Shown here piece by piece: positions 56,728 through 64,000 of a DNA stretch of 64,000 nucleotides (the first letter of the stretch is position 1; each line of letters opens with the position of its first letter). Location: assembly GCA_002269645.1 (NCBI GenBank), contig NIVC01001151.1:248001-312000 (forward strand), written 5' to 3'. Both the position numbers and the translations under genes were made by a program. The notes beneath the pieces were generated by a model. The model was not told the DNA's origin. It saw only the letters and a list, made by a program, of their open reading frames with translations, and made no database searches. The DNA is from Macrostomum lignano (taxonomy: Eukaryota).

Positions 56728-59700
56728 GTTAGTTAGTTAGTTAGTTGTTAGTTAGTCAGTTACAATAGTTAGTTAGTAAGTTAGTTAGCTAGATAGTTAG
56801 CAAGTAGTCATTACCCATTTTGCTGATCCGTGAGCCCGCACAAGCACACGGATACGCATTCAGGTGTACAGCGGCCCTCACAAAAACTCGCAACAGAAGT
56901 TCCCTTAACCCACCGCTGTTCAGGTCGGCAACGACAAGTACGTGGCTCGCGAGATGAACACCCTGGAGGCCACAAAGATGACGAAGCCCTGCCAAACTGA
57001 TGAAATTGGCCGATCAGAGTTTGGCAACACGGCCAGCGGCTGGGACATGTTCGACTCGTTCCAGGCTCAGCTGGAGAAGGAGAAAGCCGATCGCTTCGAG
57101 AAGAAGACGGACGAGGAGCTGGCGAAGGAGGCCGAGCAGCAGCAGGGCGACGATCCGCTTGAAGACAATCGGAGACCGCTGGAGCCGACTTCGAAATCGC
57201 CCGCGTTCGTTGGTGAGTAGATACTGGCTTTCTCAGGTTTAGAGCTGAGTGCCTAACCTTTCGCGACATAACATGCTTTAATTACTTAACATGCGCTTAG
57301 TCCGTTTACCATATCGCCAATTTGTCCGTTTTATTACCTAAATTAAATGGTGTTGTTCCTTTCATTGGGTGTTGGTTTTATGGGGGTTGGTTTTATGGGG
57401 GTCGGTTTAATGGGGGTAGGTTTTATGGCGGTTGGTTTTACGGGGGTTGGTTTTATGGCGATTGGTTTTATGGGGTTGGTTTTATGGGGTCGGTTTAATG
57501 GGGGTTGGTTTTATGGAGTGTTGGTTTTATAGGGTGCCGGTTCTATGGGTGTTGGTTTCTTGGGGTGTTGGTATTGTGGGGTATTGGTATTGTGGGGGTG
57601 TTGGTATTGTGGGGTGTTGGTATTGTGGGGGTGTTGGTTTTATTTGGTGCAAATTGTAAGCTTGTAGGGTTGATTTTAACACTTAATTAGAAGTCAAGAT
57701 GCTGCCATTTTTACCTTTCAATAAAACAAACTCGCTTAACTAATTAATTGCGACGCGTTCGCGGCAGCAGACCAAGCAACAGTCGACAGTCCGGATCATA
57801 TGGGTAGTCGCAGCGGGAGCAGCGCGCGCACAGGCTTCGAATCCACCATGTCGATGCGACCGGCCGCCAGTAAGGCGCAAGCGGCCTCCGCCCTGCCCCC
57901 CAACTAAAAATTAACGCAAAACTTTTGCACATGTTTATTTATCATCTAGAACTTTTCTGCCTGTCTCTATTTATTTGCACAGAAATTTCGTTTTAAATTT
58001 GATTTAAAATTTTTATAATTTTTGCATGCCTCTGACAGACTATTTCTGCTAAATTTCGACTCTAGACTTGTTACTTCTTTTAAAGCAGGTTTGCACTTTA
58101 TAGCAACCTAAGCAGCAGAAAGCTATCTACTCGTATATACAGTAGTATTCCAACTAGCAAGAATACAGGTATATTGTACGAATGTATGCTTCCGTGAAAT
58201 TTTTGCATTTTTCCAGCGTTCTTCCTACGAGTAGCATGGACTTTTCCACTCTATTCTAGTTTGAATAGCTTAAAGATGCGTCTCTTCTACGCTCGTACGA
58301 ACACGATTACAGCTGGTTTTATAAAAAAATTTGGCCCACTGCCCCTCGCGGAGAATCATTTCAACAGCCCCAGCTGGTTTTATTGCAAATTTTATTGGCC
58401 TACTGCCCCTCGCTTAGAATCATTTCAACAGCCCCAGCTGGTTTTATTGCAAATTTTATTGGCCTACTGCCCCTCGCTTAGAATCAGTCTAACAGCCCCA
58501 ACTGGTTTTATTACAAATTTTATTGGCCTACTGCCCCGTCGCGGAGAATCAGTCCAACAGCCCCAACTGGTTTTATTGCAATTTTTATTGGCCCAGTGTC
58601 CCCCGCAGATCGTTAGTAAAAGAATTCAAACGGGTTTTTTATTGTTTCTTTGGCCCACCGTTCAACAGGACCTGATTCGTATATATTTTATATTTTAAGT
58701 ACACCCGCACTTTAAAACATTCGTTAACCCAGGCCGCCAATCCACGACTCCAAGCGTGCTAGATTCGGAATTCGGCACGGTGCGTGAGTCCGTTGCCATG
58801 ACAGCGGAGGAGCAAGCTCAACTCGACGCTATTCTCACTGTGAGCGAAATACCTGATCTAGTCAAGAAATAAAGAAATTCAAATCCTTTTAATCACGAAT
58901 TTAATAAACCGTTTTTTCAGTCGCCAAAGCTCAAACAGACCCTGTTTATCATAGAACGCGCGGTTGTGCAGAACAACAGTCAAAATCTGCTGGCTACCTA
59001 CAGACACCTGCCGATTATTGAGCGTAAGTAGCTGCATTATCCCGGCCTGAGAGCACAGGAGATAGGAAAGTGACAAGCTCCCCAAAAAATGGGTCGAGAA
59101 TGTGAATCCAAAGAGCTAAGCCTCCTAAATAATCAAATAAATGCAAATATGTAAACTCCATTCAAGAGGAATAGAAAGTCGTCCTACCCAAAAATCGAAT
59201 ACTAAACCGGAAACTCAATTACAGTGGACAAAACTGGAGACTCCGAGGCCGAAGCCTCCCAAGCGCTGCTGGTCCGTCAGAAATCTGGGGCCAGTCTGTC
59301 GCCTCACCTGGCCTACCTGTGGCGCTACTCATGCCCGGCAGTCAAGGGTCAAGCTGTCACCTGTATGGTTTGGAACAAGCAGAATAAGGTGAAATATTGT
59401 TTCAATTCGTGCTTTTCAATTGTGCTTTTGAGTTGTACTTTTCAATTCCATTTGAATTGGGGATTTTTCCCATCCGTACGTTAATGGAGATCCCACTGAT
59501 TCCCAATGACGATTTTTCTTCTATCCATTCATTGATTGAGATCCCACCGATTCCCAATGAGGATTTTTCTCCCATCCTCCATAGATTGAGATCCTACTGA
59601 TTCCCAATGAGGATTTTTCTCCCATCCCCATAGATTGAGATGACACCCACCGATTCCCAGTAGGTATTTTTCTCCCATCCTGCGATCCCACCGATCCCTA

Positions 59701-62653
59701 ATGGGGATTGTTCTCTAGCTCAGTGCAAGAAGAACTAATCCCCCTACCTTTAACAATGGACTTTAGGACATTCTGGCGGTGAGCTACGGCAAACACGAAT
59801 ACGAACCCGAGATGAAGAACGGTCTAGTCTGCTGCTGGTCGGTGAAAAATATCCAGCAGCCGGAGCGAGTATTCCGCACCAAGTCCGGCGTCACAGCGTT
59901 GTCTTGGTCCACCCAGTTCAGCTACTTGCTGGCTGCCGGCCTGTTCGACGGTCACGTGCTTATCTTCGACGTCAGAACCGGATCGCAGGAGCCCGTCTTT
60001 GACTCATAGTGAGTTTTATTGACGCCCACCTCGCTCCGCCAAACATTAACACCCACCTCACTCCGCCAAGCATTAACACCCGCCTCACCCCACCAAGCAT
60101 TAACATCTGCCTCACTCCGCTAAGCATTAACACCCCCATTCCGCCAAGAATTGACACCCACCTCACTCCGCCAAGCATTAACACCCACCTCACTCCGCCA
60201 AGCATTAACACTCACCTCACTCCGCCAAGCATTAACACCCACCTCACTCCGCCAAGCATTAACACTCACCTCACTCCGCCAAGCATTAACACCCACCTCA
60301 CTCCGCCAAGCATTAACACCCACCTCACTCCGCCAAGCATTAACACCCACCAGGCGCGGATCCAGGAATTTCTTGAGGGGGGGCAACTTTTTTCATACTG
60401 CCCCGAGTAGGAACCCACCCCAAGGCCCAAGCCCTTTCTTTACTTAGAAGGGGGCCAAAGGCCAAGAGCAGAATTTTTTTCGAGGCAGCTGAGGGGGGGC
60501 CATGGCCCCCTTGGCCCCCCCCCCAGGATCCGCCACTGACACCCACCTAAATTCGTCAAAATTTAATACCCACCTCACTCCGCTAAGCATTAACAGCCAC
60601 CTCACTCCGCCTGTCACATCAGTCTATCGCCCGGACGTCACTTCGGCCCAGTGCGCCAGCTGGAATGGGTTCGCAAGGAGGCTGGCAAGCACGAGGAGAC
60701 GCAGGAGGTCCTTGTCTCCGCCTCCTCGGACGGCCGCGTCATCCAATGGTCCATTCGAAAAGGTTTCGAGTTCAAGGAGCTGATGAAGCTGAAGAGGGTC
60801 ACAACTGTGCTGCCCGGGCCAAGCCAAAAGCAGAAACAGCAGAAAGCAGACGCTCTGATCTCCAGACAGGCCTCCGGCTCCAGCATGGCCTTCAACCCCA
60901 ACGATAAGAATGTGTGAGTGGCGACTCGGGACTTAAGATTCGGGACTAAAGGGTTCGGGACTAAAGGATTCGGGAATAAAAGATTCGGGACAAAATTATT
61001 CGGGACTAAAGGATTCGGGACTAAATTATTTAAAACTTATGTACTCGGGACTAAATGATTTGGGACTAATGGATTCGGGACTAATGGATTTGGGACTAAA
61101 GGATTCGGGACTAAATGATTCGGGACTAATGGATTCGGGACTAAATGGTTCGGGACTAATGGATTCGGGACTAAAGGATTCGGGACTAAAGGATTCGGGA
61201 CTAAAGGATTCGGGGCTAAAGGATTCGGGACTAAAGGATTCGGGACTAAAGGATTCGGGACTAAAGGATTCGGGACAAAAGGATTCGGTACTAAATATTT
61301 CGATACAAATCGTAAAAAATTCGAATCCGTGGATATTTCAGCTACCTGGTTGGCACAGAAGACGGCAACTTGCACAAGTGCAGCTGCTCCTACAACGAGC
61401 AATACCTTGAGAGCTACTTTGGCCATTCGAGTCCCGTCTATTCGGTCAAATGGTCGCCATTCCTGACTGACGTGTTCATCAGCTGCGCAGCGGACTGGAC
61501 CATCAACCTGTGGCAGGCCGACAGGACCAGGCCGGTCACCACCATGGGCTCGTCAACGGTGAGTTGCCGGGTTTGCGTCTCTCGGGAAACTTGTCTTTGA
61601 TAAAGGGTATGGATTCATTCCTTTTGATCGATGGTATGGGATTTGGGATTGATTACATCATGGGATCTCTGATCTGGGATCTGGGATTGATGACATCATG
61701 GGATCTGGGATTAATGACATCATGGGATTTTGGGATCTGCGATCTGGAATTGATGGGATCTGGGATTAATGACAGCATGGGATCTGGGATCTGGGATCTG
61801 GGATCTGGGATCTGGGATTAATGACATCATGGGATTTTGGGATCTGCGATCTGGAATTGATGGGATCTGGGATTAATGACAGCATGGAATCTGGGACTTG
61901 GGATGATATGAGATCTTATATCTTGGAATAATGGTTTGGGAATCGGATATTGATTTTATTGGATGTACTAGCATAGAATAGATTTTCTAAAGAGGCTGGG
62001 ATCAATGATAATCAAGTTATGGAACCGATGTCAGATAATCAGGAACTCATATATTGGGGCTTGAACACCATAAGCTCGTGGAAAAATCGACAATTTCATA
62101 TTGAACCTTGATTGAATTCCCTCAGAAGTCCATCAACAGTCTGAGCTGGTCGCCAAAATCGTCCTGCATTTTTGCGTGCGTCAACGACGGCCAGCTGGAG
62201 GTGTGGAACATGGCGCATTCTACGTAAGTGCAAATTTCCGGGTTTTCTTAGAAATCGGTCCATTTCCACAAAACGGCAAAGGAATTTTTTGATAAAATAA
62301 ATAAAATTCAAATTTAAGCAACACAGATTATTTCAGTTTGAAAAGCAGTACTAACTTCTTTTTTTAATTTAAAGTGTAATATAGGTCAAAATTTTAACAA
62401 AAAATCAAGACGTTTAAATTACAAGCAATTAGTTACCTTAAACTATCGCAATAGCAGGTCAGGTAGCGAACATATTAAAATGATATTACGAAAGTTTTTT
62501 TTTCATATTATTTTTCTATGAAAGCAAAAGTTAGTTACACTAATTTTAAACAAAAATATTAAATAATATTTTAGCCTCGATCCAATCATCACGGAACCAA
62601 CTGACGAGGACACTGGCCGCTACACCCACGTACTTTTCTCGGATAACAGCGAC
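54647..62653 (+). CDS. DNAI4: Dynein axonemal intermediate chain 4 (WDR78/IC138 family), 3' end incomplete. Exons 54647-54678, 55425-55680, 56009-56383, 56924-57212, 57768-57869, 58733-58839, 58921-59023, 59225-59388, 59767-60008, 60623-60913, 61342-61558, 62126-62223, 62575-62653
   Basis: All junctions GT/AG and in phase. Family peptides: DTPKPLL; LTEADLEADVDIEISETDTIWLLDI; VGNDKYVAREMNT; LWRYSC..VTCMVWNKQNKDILAVSYG; GLVCCWSVKN..PER; YLVGTEDGNLHKCSCSYNEQYL..GHSSPVYSVKWSPF; WSPKSSCIFA. The short first exon (MSQVKLQESIV, GTAAGT donor) is the least certain. Confidence 0.92.
54771..54882. mobile_element. 112-bp MITE with 9-bp TSD (Mutator- or Merlin-like)
   Basis: 32-bp TIR GGCTATCCTGTAGTTTC(A/G)CACGTTAAATTATT with 1 mismatch. 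CTAACAATG at 54762-54770 and 54883-54891. Confidence 0.88.
56585..56790. repeat. (TTAG)n microsatellite
   Basis: Direct reading. Confidence 0.93.
57350..57645. repeat. G/T-rich 15-bp degenerate array (GGGGTTGGTTTTATG)
   Basis: Direct reading. Confidence 0.85.
58310..58600. repeat. ~62-bp minisatellite (CAGCCCCAGCTGGTTTTATTGCAAATTTTATTGGCC..)
   Basis: About 4-5 copies. Confidence 0.82.
60020..60610. repeat. 27-bp minisatellite ACACCCACCTCACTCCGCCAAGCATTA, interrupted by a MITE
   Basis: About 14 copies (INTHLTPPS pseudo-ORF). Confidence 0.92.
60351..60538. mobile_element. 188-bp hAT-like MITE
   Basis: Ends CAGGCGCGGATCC / GGATCCGCCACTG (imperfect TIR). Perfect 8-bp TSD ACACCCAC at 60343-60350 and 60539-60546. 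Confidence 0.85.
60930..61290. repeat. 15-bp minisatellite GATTCGGGACTAAAG
   Basis: About 24 copies. Confidence 0.93.
61640..61905. repeat. (TGGGATC)n-based degenerate array
   Basis: Direct reading. Confidence 0.85.
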
Positions 62654-62869
62654 GTATGTGCATTATTTAAATATTTTCTAAATTATTAACTTGCAAATAA
62701 CACAAAATCTAAAATACTACTAACTAAAAAACAACTTACAGTAACATTAAAAGCAAATACTCGTATCTTACTTTTATTTCATGAAAAACGGAAGCAATTT
62801 AAACTTTCATGGGGAACGGTAGTTTTGGATGTATAATCCTGAAGTACTCGTACGAGTCTTTAAATGGTA

Positions 62870-63290
62870 TGGGATCATTCTAATGCGATGGGATATTCTG
62901 ATGGGATAGGATGGGATCATTCTAATGCGATGGGATATTCTGATGGGATAGGATGGGATCATTCTGATTGTATAGGATCATTCTGGTCGGATGGAATCAT
63001 TCTGATGGGATGGGATCATTCTGATGGGATGGGATCATTCTGATAGGATGGGATCATTCTGATGGGATGGGATAGGATCATTCTGATGGGATAGGATCAT
63101 TCTGATGTGATGGGATGGGATCATTCTGATGGGACAGGATCATTCTGATGGGATAGGATCATTCTGATAGGATAGGATCATTCTGATGGGATGGGATCAT
63201 TCTGATAGGATAGGATCATTCTGATGGGATGGGATCATTCTGTTATGGGATCAGTACGATGGTGTGGGATAATTCTAGATATGATGGGAT
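62870..63290. repeat. ~19-bp minisatellite GATGGGATCATTCTGATGG
   Basis: About 20 copies. Confidence 0.9.
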
Positions 63291-63343
63291 TTAAACAATC
63301 TAATTGGCATAGGATTAATCCCAACGAAATTCGCAATCGAATC

Positions 63344-63718
63344 CTATGGCATGGGAGTTTCAATCTCGTGCATCAGCTGCTGCTGCTGCTGCTGCTGCCT
63401 CGCCAGCATCTGCTGCCGGTCCCGAAGCCGCTGCTCGGTGGCGCAAAAGATGCAGCCGGTGGTGGCACCGAGGCCAGAGCCTGTTGAGCCAATGAGAGCG
63501 CACGGCTGATGACCGCCAGCGGTGAGCACTGCTCTCAGGTGGGCGATGTACCTGGCGGCCAGGCGCAAAGTCTCCACCTTGGACAATTTTCTGTCGCTCG
63601 GCTCCGTGGGGATGCAGCAGCGAAGCCGACCGAAGGCCGCGTTGACGTCGGCGGTTCGCCGCCGCTCACGAGGCTGATGATGATGAGGCTGCGTCGTCTG
63701 GTTGGGCCGGCTCGCCAT
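63344..63718 (-). CDS. Paraxis/scleraxis (TCF15/SCX)-family bHLH transcription factor, 124 aa
   Basis: [45 protein letters not shown] matches the paraxis/scleraxis loop IPTEP(A/V)DRKLSKIETLRLA. QPC and CIFC match the family's C-terminal C(T)FC motif. In-frame stop upstream at 63782-63784; an extra 5' exon is not excluded. Confidence 0.85.
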   Translation of the reverse strand: MASRPNQTTQPHHHQPRERRRTADVNAAFGRLRCCIPTEPSDRKLSKVETLRLAARYIAHLRAVLTAGGHQPCALIGSTGSGLGATTGCIFCATEQRLRDRQQMLARQQQQQQQLMHEIETPMP

Positions 63719-63779
63719 CGCTTGATGCTGTGGCGGGGGAGGAGGGGGTTTGGAGATGAGGGAGCCTTTTAGGCGCTGC

Positions 63780-64000
63780 TGTTACATGATCCTACGGGCC
63801 GTTACATGATCCTACGGGCCGTTACATGATCTGTTTGGTCTGTTACATGATCCTTTCGGTCTGTTACATGATCCTCTTGGTCTGTTACATGATCCTACGG
63901 GCCGTTACATGATCCTTTCGGTCTGTTACATGATCCTACGGGCCGTTACATGATCTGTTTGGTCTGTTACATGATACTTTCGGTCTGTTACATGATCCTC
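63780..64000. repeat. 20-21 bp minisatellite GTTACATGATCCTACGGGCC and variants
   Basis: Runs to the window edge. Confidence 0.92.

Noticed and set aside
56585-56790. Telomere-like repeat
   Set aside because: The unit is TTAG, not TTAGGG. It is an ordinary intronic tetranucleotide microsatellite.

Overview
Eukaryotic (animal) genomic DNA. The GC-rich codon usage, introns packed with tandem repeats and the GPCR type suggest a flatworm such as Macrostomum (inference only). I assembled six protein-coding genes by hand from splice sites and reading phase: the 3' part of an NCAM/Fasciclin-2-like Ig/FN3 adhesion gene ending in a GPI-type signal (+, <1-9750); an intronless rhodopsin-family peptide-type GPCR (-, 34608-35936); TMEM184 (-, 40966-48939, 7 exons); a 317-aa protein with a divergent SUMO-like domain (+, 51091-53219, 3 exons); WDR78/DNAI4 (+, 54647->62653, 13 exons seen, last exon missing); and a paraxis/scleraxis-type bHLH gene (-, 63344-63718) that appears nested in the last WDR78 intron. 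The rest is dozens of mini/microsatellite arrays (source of most long ORFs in the track), four copies of a tRNA-derived SINE, several non-autonomous DNA transposons with clear TIRs and TSDs (hAT-like, CACTA/EnSpm-like, Mutator-like), and decayed Ty3/gypsy pol fragments. No CRISPR, rRNA or genuine tRNA gene was seen. Array boundaries are approximate.
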